Below, in pieces: positions 21,901-36,900 of a DNA stretch of 64,000 bases (the stretch's first letter is position 1; each line of letters starts with the position of its first letter). Origin of the DNA: Eledone cirrhosa (Eukaryota); contig OZ024742.1 in the NCBI GenBank assembly GCA_964016885.1, forward strand, positions 349,246,001-349,310,000, written 5' to 3'. The notes under the pieces are model-generated. The model did no database searches. It was not told the origin of the DNA and saw nothing but the letters and a program-made list of their open reading frames with translations. The translations under genes were made by a program, and so were the position numbers.

Positions 21901-24900
21901 CTGATATCATTGCATTACCCTGTCTAAAACTCTATAACTCTGATATCATCGCAGTACCCTGTCTAAAACTCTATAACTCCGATATCATCGCAGAACCCTG
22001 TCTAAAACTCTATAACTCTGATATCATCGAAGTACCCTGTCTAAAACTCTATAACTCTGATAACATCGCAAAACCCTGTCTAAATCTCTATAACTCTGAT
22101 ATCATCGCAGTAGCCTGTCTAGAACTCTATAATTCTGATATCATCGCAGTACCCTGTCTAGAACTCTATAAATCTGATATCATCGCAGAACCCTGTCTAA
22201 AACTCTCTAACTCTGATATCATTGCAGTACCCTGTCTAAAACTCTATAACTCTGATATCATCGCAGTACCTGTCTAAAACTCTCTAACTCTGATATCATC
22301 GCAGTACCCTGTCTAAAACTCTATAACTCTGATATCATTGCAGTACCCTTTTTAAAATTCTATAACTCTGATATCATCGCAGTACCCTGTCTAAAACTAT
22401 ATAACTCTGATATCATTGCGGTACCCTGTCTAAAACTCTATAACTCTGATATCATCGCAGTACCCTATTTAAATCTCTATAACTCTGATATCATCGCAGT
22501 ACCCTGTCTAGAACTCTAGAACTCTGATATCATCGCAGTACCCTGTCTAAAACTCTATAACTCCGATATCATCGCAGTACCCTGTCTAAAACTCTATAAC
22601 TCTGATATCATCGCAGTACCTGTCTACAACTCTATCACTCTGATATCATCGCACTACCCTGTCTAAAACTCTATAACTCTGATATCATCGCAGTACCCTG
22701 TCTAAAACTCTATAACTCCGATATCATCACAGAACCCTGTCTAAAACTCTATAACTCTGATATCATCGCAGTAGCCTGTCTAGAACTCTATAACTCAGAT
22801 ATCATCGCAGTAGCCTGTCTAGAACTCTCTAACTCTGATATCATTGCAGTACCCTGTCTAAAATTCTATAACTCTGATATCATCGCAGTACCCTGTCTGA
22901 AACTCTATAACTCTGATATCATTGCAGTACCCTGTCTAAAATTCTATAACTCTTATATCATCGCAGTACCCTGTTTAAATCTCTATAACTCTGATATCGC
23001 AGTACCCTGTCTAGAACTCTATAACTCTGATATTATCGCAGTACCCTGTCTAAAACTCTATAACCCCGATATCATCGCAGTACCTTATCTAAAACTCTAT
23101 AACTCTGATATCATCGCAGTACCTGTCTAAAACACTATAACTGTGATATCAACGCAGTACCCTGTCTAAAACACTATAACCCCGATATCATCGCAGTACC
23201 TTATCTAAAACTCTATAACTCTGATATCATCGCAGTACCCTGTCTAAAACTCTATAACTCTGATATCATTGCAGTACCCTGTCTAAAACTCTATAACTCT
23301 GATATCATCGCAGTACCCTGTCTAAAACTCTATAACTCTGATATCATCGCAGTACCCTATCTAGAACTCTATAACACTGATATCATCGCAGTACCCTGTC
23401 TAAAACTCTATAACTCTGATATCATCGCAGTACCCTGTCTAGAACTCTATAACTCTGATATCATTGCAGTACCCTGTCTAAAATTCTATAACTCTGATAT
23501 CATCGCAGTACCCTGTCTAAAACTCCATAACTCTGATATCATCGCAGTACCCTGTCTAAAACTCTATATCTCTGATATCATTGCAGTACCCTGTCTAAAA
23601 CTCTATAACTCTGATATCATTGCAGTACCTGTCTAAAACTCTATAACTCTGATATCATCGCAGTACCCTGTCTAAAACTCTATAACTCCGATATCATCGC
23701 AGAACCCTGTCTAAAACTCTATAACTCTGATATCATTGCAGTACCCTGTCTAAAATTCTATAACTCTGATATCATCGCAGTACCCTGTCTAAAACTCTAT
23801 AACTCCGATATCATCGCAGAACCCTGTCTAAAACTCTATAACTCTGATATCATTGCATTACCCTGTCTAAAACTCTCTAACTCTGATATCATCGCAATAC
23901 CCTGTCTAAAACTCTATAAATCTGATATCATCGCAGTACCCTGTCTAAAACTCTATAACTCTGATAACATCGCAAAACCCTGTCTAAATCTCTATAACTC
24001 TGATATCATCGCAGTAGCCTGTGTAGAACTCTATAACTCTGATATCATCGCAGTACCCTGTCTAGAACTCTATGACTCTGATATTATCGCAGAACCCTGT
24101 CTAAAACTCTCTAACTCTGATATCATTGCAGTACCCTGTCTAAAACTCTATAACTCTGATATCATCGCAGTACCTGTCTAAAACTCTCTAACTCTGATAT
24201 CATCTCAGTACCCTGTCTAAAACTCTATAACTCTGATATCATTGCAGTACCCTTTTTAAAATTCTATAACTCTGATATCATCGCAGTACCCTGTCTAAAA
24301 CTATATAACTCTGATATCATTGCGGTACCCTGTCTAAAACTCTATAACTCTGATATCATCGCAGTACCCTATTTAAATCTCTATAACTCTGATATCATCG
24401 CAGTACCCTGTCTAGAACTCTAGAACTCTGATATCATCGCAGTACCCTGTCTAAAACTCTATAACTCCGATATCATCGCAGTACCCTGTCTAAAACTCTA
24501 TAACTCTGATATCATCGCAGTACCTGTCTACAACTCTATAACTCTGATATCATCGCACTACCCTGTCTAAAACTCTATAACTCTGATATCATCGCAGTAC
24601 CCTGTCTAAAACTCTATAACTCCGATATCATCACAGAACCCTGTCTAAAACTCTATAACTCTGATATTATTGCAGTACCCTGTCTAAAACTCTATAACTC
24701 TGATATCATCGCAGTACCCTGTCTAGAACTCTATAACTCTGATATCATCGCAGAACCCTGTCTAAAACTCTCTAACTCTGATATCATTGCAGTACCCTGT
24801 CTAAAATTCTATAACTCTGATATCATCGCAGAATCCTGTCTAAAACTCTCTAACTCTGATATCATTGCAGAACCCTGTCTAAAATTCTATAACTCTGATA

Positions 24901-27900
24901 TCATCGCAGTACCCTTTCTAAAACTCTATAACTCTGATATCATTGCAGTACCCAGTCTAACATTCTATAACTCTGATATCATCGCAGTACCCTGTCTAAA
25001 ACTATATATCTCTGATATCATTGCGGTACCCTGTCTAAAACTCTATAACTCTGATATCATCGCAGTACCCTGTTTAAATCTCTATAATTCTGATATCATC
25101 GCAGTACCCTGTCTAGAACTCTATAACTCTGGTATAATCGCAGTACCCTGTCTAAAGCTCTATTACTCTGATATCATCGCAGTACCTGTCTACAACTCTA
25201 TAACTCTGATATCATCGCAGTACCCTATCTAGAACTCTATAACACTGATATCATCGCAGTACCCTGTCTAAAACTCTATAACTCTGATATCATCGCAGTA
25301 CCCTGCCTAGAACTCTATAACTCTGATATCATTGCAGTACCTTGTCTAAAATTCTATAACTCTGATATCATCGCAGTACCCTGTCTAAAACTCCATAACT
25401 CTGATATCATCGCAGTACCCTGTCTAAAACTCTATATCTCTGATATAATTGCAGTACCCTGTCTAAAACTCTATAACTCTGATATCATCGCAGTACCTGT
25501 CTAAAACTCTATAACTCTGATATCATCGCAGTACCCTGTCTAAAACTCTATAACTCCGATATCATCGCAGAACCCTGTCTAAAACTCTATAACTCTGATA
25601 TCATTGCAGTACCCTGTCTAAAATTCTATAACTCTGATATCATCGCAGTACCCTGTCTAGAACTCTATATCTCTGATATCATCGCAGTACCCTGTCTAAA
25701 ACTCTATAACTCTGATATCATCGCAGTACCCTGTCTAAAACTCTATAACTCCGATAACATCGCAGAACCCTGTCTAAAACTCTATAACTCTGATATCATT
25801 GCATTACCCTGTCTAAAACTCTATAACTCTGATATCATCGCAGTACCCAGTCTAAAACTCTATAACTCCGATATCATCGCAAAACCCTGTCTAAAACTCT
25901 ATAACTCTGATATCATTGCAGTATCCTGTCTAAAACTCTCTAAATCTGATATCATCGCAGTACCCTGTCTAAAACTCTATAACTCTGATATCATCGCAGT
26001 ACCCTGTCTAAAACTCTATAACTCTGATAACATCGCAAAACCCTGTCTATATCTCTATAACTCTGATATCATCGCAGTACCCTGTCTAGAACTCTATAAC
26101 TCTGATATCATCGCAGTACCCTGTCTAGAACTCTATAACTCTGATATCATCACAGAACCCTGTCTAAAACTCTCTAACTCTGATATCATTGCAGAACCCT
26201 GTCTAAAATTCTATAACTCTGATATCATCACAGAACCCTGTCTAAAACTCTCTAACTCTGATATCATTGCAGAACCCTGTCTAAAATTCTATAACTCTGA
26301 TATCATCGCAGTACCCTGTCTAAAACTCTATAACTCTGATATCATTGCAGTACCCTTTTTAAAATTCTATAACTCTGATATCATCGCAGTACCCTGTCTA
26401 AAACTATATAACTCTGATATCATTGCGGTACCCTGTCTAAAACTCTATAACTCTGATATCATCGCAGTACCCTGTTTAAATCTCTATAACTCTGATATCA
26501 TCGCAGTACCCTGTCTAGAACTCTATAACTCTGATATCATCGCAGTACCCTGTCTAAAACTCTATAACTCCGATATCATCGCAGTACCCTGTCTAAAACT
26601 CTATAATTCTGATATCATCGCAGTACCTGTCTACAACTCCATAACTCTGATATCATCGCAGTACCCTGTCTAAAACTCTATAACTCTGATATCATCGCAG
26701 TACCTGTCTAAAACTCTATAACTCTGATATCATTGCAGTACCCTGTCTAAAACTCTCTAACTCTGATATCATCGCAGTACCCTGTCTAAAACTCTATAAT
26801 TCTGATATCATTGCAGTACCCTGTCTAAAACTCTATAACTCTGATAACATCGCAAAACCCTGTCTAAATCTCTATAACTCTGATATCATCGCAGTACCCT
26901 GTCTAGAACTCTATAACTCTGATATCATCGCAGTACCCTGTCTAAAACTCTATAACTTTGATATCATTGCAGTACCCAGTCTAAAATTCTATAACTCTGA
27001 TATCATCGCAGTACCCTGTCTAAAACTATATATCTCTGATATCATTGCGGTACCCTGTCTAAAACTCTATAACTCCGATATCATCGCAGTACCCTGTCTA
27101 AAACTCTATAACTCTGATATCATCGCAGTACCTGTCTACAACTCTATCACTCTGATATCATCGCACTACCCTGTCTAAAACTCTATAACTCTGATATCAT
27201 CGCAGTACCCTGTCTAAAACTCTATAACTCCGATATCATCACAGAACCCTGTCTAAAACTCTATAACTCTGATATCATCGCAGTAGCCTGTCTAGAACTC
27301 TATAACTCAGATATCATCGCAGTAGCCTGTCTAGAACTCTCTAACTCTGATATCATTGCAGTACCCTGTCTAAAATTCTATAACTCTGATATCATCGCAG
27401 TACCCTGTCTGAAACTCTATAACTCTGATATCATTGCAGTACCCTGTCTAAAATTCTATAACTCTTATATCATCGCAGTACCCTGTTTAAATCTCTATAA
27501 CTCTGATATCGCAGTACCCTGTCTAGAACTCTATAACTCTGATATCATCGCAGTACCCTGTCTAAAACTCTATAACCCCGATATCATCGCAGTACCTTAT
27601 CTAAAACTCTATAACTCTGATATCATCGCAGTACCTGTCTAAAACACTATAACTGTGATATCAACGCAGTACCCTGTCTAAAACACTATAACCCCGATAT
27701 CATCGCAGTACCTTATCTAAAACTCTATAACTCTGATATCATCGCAGTACCCTGTCTAAAACTCTATAACTCTGATATCATTGCAGTACCCTGTCTAAAA
27801 CTCTATAACTCTGATATCATCGCAGTACCCTGTCTAAAACTCTATAACTCTGATATCATCGCAGTACCCTATCTAGAACTCTATAACACTGATATCATCG

Positions 27901-30900
27901 CAGTACCCTGTCTAAAACTCTATAACTCTGATATCATCGCAGTACCCTGTCTAGAACTCTATAACTCTGATATCATTGCAGTACCCTGTCTAAAATTCTA
28001 TAACTCTGATATCATCGCAGTACCCTGTCTAAAACTCCATAACTCTGATATCATCGCAGTACCCTGTCTAAAACTCTATATCTCTGATATCATTGCAGTA
28101 CCCTGTCTAAAACTCTATAACTCTGATATCATTGCAGTACCTGTCTAAAACTCTATAACTCTGATATCATCGCAGTACCCTGTCTAAAACTCTATAACTC
28201 CGATATCATCGCAGAACCCTGTCTAAAACTCTATAACTCTGATATCATTGCAGTACCCTGTCTAAAATTCTATAACTCTGATATCATCGCAGTACCCTGT
28301 CTAAAACTCTATAACTCCGATATCACCGCAGAACCCTGTCTAAAACTCTATAACTCTGATATCATTGCATTACCCTGTCTAAAACTCTCTAACTCTGATA
28401 TCATCGCAATACCCTGTCTAAAACTCTATAAATCTGATATCATCGCAGTACCCTGTCTAAAACTCTATAACTCTGATAACATCGCAAAACCCTGTCTAAA
28501 TCTCTATAACTCTGATATCATCGCAGTAGCCTGTGTAGAACTCTATAACTCTGATATCATCGCAGTACCCTGTCTAGAACTCTATAACTCTGATATTATC
28601 GCAGAACCCTGTCTAAAACTCTCTAACTCTGATATCATTGCAGTACCCTGTCTAAAACTCTATAACTCTGATATCATCGCAGTACCTGTCTAAAACTCTC
28701 TAACTCTGATATCATCTCAGTACCCTGTCTAAAACTCTATAACTCTGATATCATTGCAGTACCCTTTTTAAAATTCTATAACTCTGATATCATCGCAGTA
28801 CCCTGTCTAAAACTATATAACTCTGATATCATTGCGGTACCCTGTCTAAAACTCTATAACTCTGATATCATCGCAGTACCCTATTTAAATCTCTATAACT
28901 CTGATATCATCGCAGTACCCTGTCTAGAACTCTAGAACTCTGATATCATCGCAGTACCCTGTCTAAAACTCTATAACTCCGATATCATCGCAGTACCCTG
29001 TCTAAAACTCTATAACTCTGATATCATCGCAGTACCTGTCTACAACTCTATAACTCTGATATCATCGCACTACCCTGTCTAAAACCCTATAACTCTGATA
29101 TCATCGCAGTACCCTGTCTAAAACTCTATAACTCCGATATCATCACAGAACCCTGTCTAAAACTCTATAACTCTGATATTATTGCAGTACCCTGTCTAAA
29201 ACTCTATAACTCTGATATCATCGCAGTACCCTGTCTAGAACTCTATAACTCTGATATCATCGCAGAATCCTGTCTAAAACTCTCTAACTCTGATATCATT
29301 GCAGAACCCTGTCTAAAATTCTATAACTCTGATATCATCGCAGTACCCTTTCTAAAACTCTATAACTCTGATATCATTGCAGTACCCAGTCTAACATTCT
29401 ATAACTCTGATATCATCGCAGTACCCTGTCTAAAACTATATATCTCTGATATCATTGCGGTACCCTGTCTAAAACTCTATAACTCTGATATCATCGCAGT
29501 ACCCTGTTTAAATCTCTATAATTCTGATATCATCGCAGTACCCTGTCTAGAACTCTATAACTCTGGTATAATCGCAGTACCCTGTCTAAAGCTCTATTAC
29601 TCTGATATCATCGCAGTACCTGTCTACAACTCTATAACTCTGATATCATCGCAGTACCCTATCTAGAACTCTATAACACTGATATCATCGCAGTACCCTG
29701 TCTAAAACTCTATAACTCTGATATCATCGCAGTACCCTGCCTAGAACTCTATAACTCTGATATCATTGCAGTACCTTGTCTAAAATTCTATAACTCTGAT
29801 ATCATCGCAGTACCCTGTCTAAAACTCCATAACTCTGATATCATCGCAGTACCCTGTCTAAAACTCTATATCTCTGATATAATTGCAGTACCCTGTCTAA
29901 AACTCTATAACTCTGATATCATCGCAGTACCTGTCTAAAACTCTATAACTCTGATATCATCGCAGTACCCTGTCTAAAACTCTATAACTCCGATATCATC
30001 GCAGAACCCTGTCTAAAACTCTATAACTCTGATATCATTGCAGTACCCTGTCTAAAATTCTATAACTCTGATATCATCGCAGTACCCTGTCTAGAACTCT
30101 ATATCTCTGATATCATCGCAGTACCCTGTCTAAAACTCTATAACTCTGATATCATCGCAGTACCCTGTCTAAAACTCTATAACTCTGATATCATCGCAGT
30201 ACCCTGTCTAAAACACTATAACTCTGATAACATCGCAAAACCCTGTCTAAATCTCTATAACTATGATATCATCGCAGTACCCTGTCTAGAACTCTATAAC
30301 TCTGATATCATCGCAGTACCCTGTCTAGAACTCTATAACTCTGATATCATCACAGAACCCTGTCTAAAACTCTCTAACTCTGATATCATTGCAGAACCCT
30401 GTCTAAAATTCTATAACTCTGATATCATCGCAGAACCCTGTCTAAAACTCTCTAACTCTGATATCATTGCAGAACCCTGTCTAAAATTCTATAACTCTGA
30501 TATCATCGCAGTACCCTGTCTAAAACTCTATAACTCTGATATCATTGCAGTACCCTGTCTAAAACTCTATAACTCTGATATCATCGCAGTACCCTGTCTA
30601 AAACTCTATAACTCTGATATCATCGCAGTACCCTATCTAGAACTCTATAACACTGATATCATCGCAGTACCCTGTCTAAAACTCTATAACTCTGATATCA
30701 TCGCAGTACCCTGTCTAGAACTCTATAACTCTGATATCATTGCAGTACCCTGTCTAAAATTCTATAACTCTGATATCATCGCAGTACCCTGTCTAAAACT
30801 CCATAACTCTGATATCATCGCAGTACCCTGTCTAAAACTCTATATCTCTGATATCATTGCAGTACCCTGTCTAAAACTCTATAACTCTGATATCATTGCA

Positions 30901-33900
30901 GTACCTGTCTAAAACTCTATAACTCTGATATCATCGCAGTACCCTGTCTAAAACTCTATAACTCCGATATCATCGCAGAACCCTGTCTAAAACTCTATAA
31001 CTCTGATATCATTGCAGTACCCTGTCTAAAATTCTATAACTCTGATATCATCGCAGTACCCTGTCTAAAACTCTATAACTCCGATATCACCGCAGAACCC
31101 TGTCTAAAACTCTATAACTCTGATATCATTGCATTACCCTGTCTAAAACTCTCTAACTCTGATATCATCGCAATACCCTGTCTAAAACTCTATAAATCTG
31201 ATATCATCGCAGTACCCTGTCTAAAACTCTATAACTCTGATAACATCGCAAAACCCTGTCTAAATCTCTATAACTCTGATATCATCGCAGTAGCCTGTGT
31301 AGAACTCTATAACTCTGATATCATCGCAGTACCCTGTCTAGAACTCTATAACTCTGATATTATCGCAGAACCCTGTCTAAAACTCTCTAACTCTGATATC
31401 ATTGCAGTACCCTGTCTAAAACTCTATAACTCTGATATCATCGCAGTACCTGTCTAAAACTCTCTAACTCTGATATCATCTCAGTACCCTGTCTAAAACT
31501 CTATAACTCTGATATCATTGCAGTACCCTTTTTAAAATTCTATAACTCTGATATCATCGCAGTACCCTGTCTAAAACTATATAACTCTGATATCATTGCG
31601 GTACCCTGTCTAAAACTCTATAACTCTGATATCATCGCAGTACCCTATTTAAATCTCTATAACTCTGATATCATCGCAGTACCCTGTCTAGAACTCTAGA
31701 ACTCTGATATCATCGCAGTACCCTGTCTAAAACTCTATAACTCCGATATCATCGCAGTACCCTGTCTAAAACTCTATAACTCTGATATCATCGCAGTACC
31801 TGTCTACAACTCTATAACTCTGATATCATCGCACTACCCTGTCTAAAACCCTATAACTCTGATATCATCGCAGTACCCTGTCTAAAACTCTATAACTCCG
31901 ATATCATCACAGAACCCTGTCTAAAACTCTATAACTCTGATATTATTGCAGTACCCTGTCTAAAACTCTATAACTCTGATATCATCGCAGTACCCTGTCT
32001 AGAACTCTATAACTCTGATATCATCGCAGAACCCTGTCTAAAACTCTCTAACTCTGATATCATTGCAGTACCCTGTCTAAAATTCTATAACTCTGATATC
32101 ATCGCAGAATCCTGTCTAAAACTCTCTAACTCTGATATCATTGCAGAACCCTGTCTAAAATTCTATAACTCTGATATCATCGCAGTACCCTTTCTAAAAC
32201 TCTATAACTCTGATATCATTGCAGTACCCAGTCTAACATTCTATAACTCTGATATCATCGCAGTACCCTGTCTAAAACTATATATCTCTGATATCATTGC
32301 GGTACCCTGTCTAAAACTCTATAACTCTGATATCATCGCAGTACCCTGTTTAAATCTCTATAATTCTGATATCATCGCAGTACCCTGTCTAGAACTCTAT
32401 AACTCTGGTATAATCGCAGTACCCTGTCTAAAGCTCTATTACTCTGATATCATCGCAGTACCTGTCTACAACTCTATAACTCTGATATCATCGCAGTACC
32501 CTATCTAGAACTCTATAACACTGATATCATCGCAGTACCCTGTCTAAAACTCTATAACTCTGATATCATCGCAGTACCCTGCCTAGAACTCTATAACTCT
32601 GATATCATTGCAGTACCTTGTCTAAAATTCTATAACTCTGATATCATCGCAGTACCCTGTCTAAAACTCCATAACTCTGATATCATCGCAGTACCCTGTC
32701 TAAAACTCTATATCTCTGATATAATTGCAGTACCCTGTCTAAAACTCTATAACTCTGATATCATCGCAGTACCTGTCTAAAACTCTATAACTCTGATATC
32801 ATCGCAGTACCCTGTCTAAAACTCTATAACTCCGATATCATCGCAGAACCCTGTCTAAAACTCTATAACTCTGATATCATTGCAGTACCCTGTCTAAAAT
32901 TCTATAACTCTGATATCATCGCAGTACCCTGTCTAGAACTCTATATCTCTGATATCATCGCAGTACCCTGTCTAAAACTCTATAACTCTGATATCATCGC
33001 AGTACCCTGTCTAAAACTCTATAACTCTGATATCATCGCAGTACCCTGTCTAAAACTCTATAACTCTGATAACATCGCAAAACCCTGTCTAAATCTCTAT
33101 AACTCTGATATCATCGCAGTACCCTGTCTAGAACTCTATAACTCTGATATCATCGCAGTACCCTGTCTAGAACTCTATAACTCTGATATCATCACAGAAC
33201 CCTGTCTAAAACTCTCTAACTCTGATATCATTGCAGAACCCTGTCTAAAATTCTATAACTCTGATATCATCGCAGAACCCTGTCTAAAACTCTCTAACTC
33301 TGATATCATTGCAGAACCCTGTCTAAAATTCTATAACTCTGATATCATCGCAGTACCCTGTCTAAAACTCTATAACTCTGATATCATTGCAGTACCCTTT
33401 TTAAAATTCTATAACTCTGATATCATCGCAGTACCCTGTCTAAAACTATATAACTCTGATATCATTGCGGTACCCTGTCTAAAACTCTATAACTCTGATA
33501 TCATCGCAGTACCCTGTTTAAATCTCTATAACTCTGATATCATCGCAGTACCCTGTCTAGAACTCTATAACTCTGATATCATCGCAGTACCCTGTCTAAA
33601 ACTCTATAACTCCGATATCATCGCAGTACCCTGTCTAAAACTCTATAATTCTGATATCATCGCAGTACCTGTCTACAACTCCATAACTCTGATATCATCG
33701 CAGTACCCTGTCTAAAACTCTATAACTCTGAAATCATCGCAGTACCTGTCTAAAACTCTATAACTCTGATATCATTGCAGTACCCTGTCTAAAACTCTCT
33801 AACTCTGATATCATCGCAGTACCCTGTCTAAAATACTATATTTCTGATATCATTGCAGTACCCTGTCTAAAACTCTATAACTCTGATAACATCGCAAAAC

Positions 33901-36900
33901 CCTGTCTAAATCTCTATAACTCTGATATCATCGCAGTACCCTGTCTAGAACTCTATAACTCTGATATCATCGCAGTACCCTGTCTAAAACTCTATAACTT
34001 TGATATCATTGCAGTACCCAGTCTAAAATTCTATAACTCTGATATCATCGCAGTACCCTGTCTAAAACTATATATCTCTGATATCATTGCGGTACCCTGT
34101 CTAAAACTCTATAACTCTGATATCATCGCAGTACCCTGTTTAAATCTCTATAACTCTGATATCATAGCAGTACCCTGTCTAGAACTCTATAACTCTGGTA
34201 TCATCGCAGTACCCTGTCTAAAACGCTATAACTCTGATATCATCGCAGTACCCTATCTAGAACTCTATAACACTGATATCATCGCAGTACCCTGTGTAAA
34301 ACTCTATAACTCTGATATCATCGCAGTACCCTGTCTAGAACTCTATAACTCTGATATCATTGCAGTACCCTGTCTAAAATTCTATAACTCTGATATCATC
34401 GCAGTACCCTGTCTAAAACTCCATAACTCTGATATCAGCGCAGTACCTTGTCTAAAACTCTATAACTCTGATATCATCGCAGTACCCTGTCTAAAACTCT
34501 ATAACTCTGATATCATCGCAGTACCCTGTCTAAAACTCTATAACTCTGATAACATCGCAAAACCCTGTCTAAATCTCTATAACTCTGATATCATCGCAGT
34601 ACCCTGTCTAGAACTCTATAACTCTGATATCATCGCAGTACCCTGTCTAGAACTCTATAACTCTGATATCATCACAGAACCCTGTCTAAAACTCTCTAAC
34701 TCTGATATCATTGCAGAACCCTGTCTAAAATTCTATAACTCTGATATCATCGCAGAACCCTGTCTAAAACTCTCTAACTCTGATATCATTGCAGAACCCT
34801 GTCTAAAATTCTATAACTCTGATATCATCGCAGTACCCTGTCTAAAACTCTATAACTCTGATATCATTGCAGTACCCTTTTTAAAATTCTATAACTCTGA
34901 TATCATCGCAGTACCCTGTCTAAAACTATATAACTCTGATATCATTGCGGTACCCTGTCTAAAACTCTATAACTCTGATATCATCGCAGTACCCTGTTTA
35001 AATCTCTATAACTCTGATATCATCGCAGTACCCTGTCTAGAACTCTATAACTCTGATATCATCGCAGTACCCTGTCTAAAACTCTATAACTCCGATATCA
35101 TCGCAGTACCCTGTCTAAAACTCTATAATTCTGATATCATCGCAGTACCTGTCTACAACTCCATAACTCTGATATCATCGCAGTACCCTGTCTAAAACTC
35201 TATAACTCTGAAATCATCGCAGTACCTGTCTAAAACTCTATAACTCTGATATCATTGCAGTACCCTGTCTAAAACTCTCTAACTCTGATATCATCGCAGT
35301 ACCCTGTCTAAAATACTATATTTCTGATATCATTGCAGTACCCTGTCTAAAACTCTATAACTCTGATAACATCGCAAAACCCTGTCTAAATCTCTATAAC
35401 TCTGATATCATCGCAGTACCCTGTCTAGAACTCTATAACTCTGATATCATCGCAGTACCCTGTCTAAAACTCTATAACTTTGATATCATTGCAGTACCCA
35501 GTCTAAAATTCTATAACTCTGATATCATCGCAGTACCCTGTCTAAAACTATATATCTCTGATATCATTGCGGTACCCTGTCTAAAACTCTATAACTCTGA
35601 TATCATCGCAGTACCCTGTTTAAATCTCTATAACTCTGATATCATAGCAGTACCCTGTCTAGAACTCTATAACTCTGGTATCATCGCAGTACCCTGTCTA
35701 AAACGCTATAACTCTGATATCATCGCAGTACCCTATCTAGAACTCTATAACACTGATATCATCGCAGTACCCTGTGTAAAACTCTATAACTCTGATATCA
35801 TCGCAGTACCCTGTCTAGAACTCTATAACTCTGATATCATCGCAGTACCCTGTTTAAATCTCTATAACTCTGATATCATCGCAGTACCCTGTCTAGAACT
35901 CTATAACTCTGATATCATCGCAGTACCCTGTCTAAAACTCTATAACTCCGATATCATCGCAGTACCCTGTCTAAAACTCTATAATTCTGATATCATCGCA
36001 GTACCTGTCTACAACTCCATAACTCTGATATCATCGCAGTACCCTGTCTAAAACTCTATAACTCTGAAATCATCGCAGTACCTGTCTAAAACTCTATAAC
36101 TCTGATATCATTGCAGTACCCTGTCTAAAACTCTCTAACTCTGATATCATCGCAGTACCCTGTCTAAAATACTATATTTCTGATATCATTGCAGTACCCT
36201 GTCTAAAACTCTATAACTCTGATAACATCGCAAAACCCTGTCTAAATCTCTATAACTCTGATATCATCGCAGTACCCTGTCTAGAACTCTATAACTCTGA
36301 TATCATCGCAGTACCCTGTCTAAAACTCTATAACTTTGATATCATTGCAGTACCCAGTCTAAAATTCTATAACTCTGATATCATCGCAGTACCCTGTCTA
36401 AAACTCTATATCTCTGATATAATTGCAGTACCCTGTCTAAAACTCTATAACTCTGATATCATCGCAGTACCTGTCTAAAACTCTATAACTCTGATATCAT
36501 CGCAGTACCCTGTCTAAAACTCTATAACTCCGATATCATCGCAGAACCCTGTCTAAAACTCTATAACTCTGATATCATTGCAGTACCCTGTCTAAAATTC
36601 TATAACTCTGATATCATCGCAGTACCCTGTCTAGAACTCTATATCTCTGATATCATCGCAGTACCCTGTCTAAAACTCTATAACTCTGATATCATCGCAG
36701 TACCCTGTCTAAAACTCTATAACTCTGATATCATCGCAGTACCCTGTCTAAAACTCTATAACTCTGATAACATCGCAAAACCCTGTCTAAATCTCTATAA
36801 CTCTGATATCATCGCAGTACCCTGTCTAGAACTCTATAACTCTGATATCATCGCAGTACCCTGTCTAGAACTCTATAACTCTGATATCATCACAGAACCC

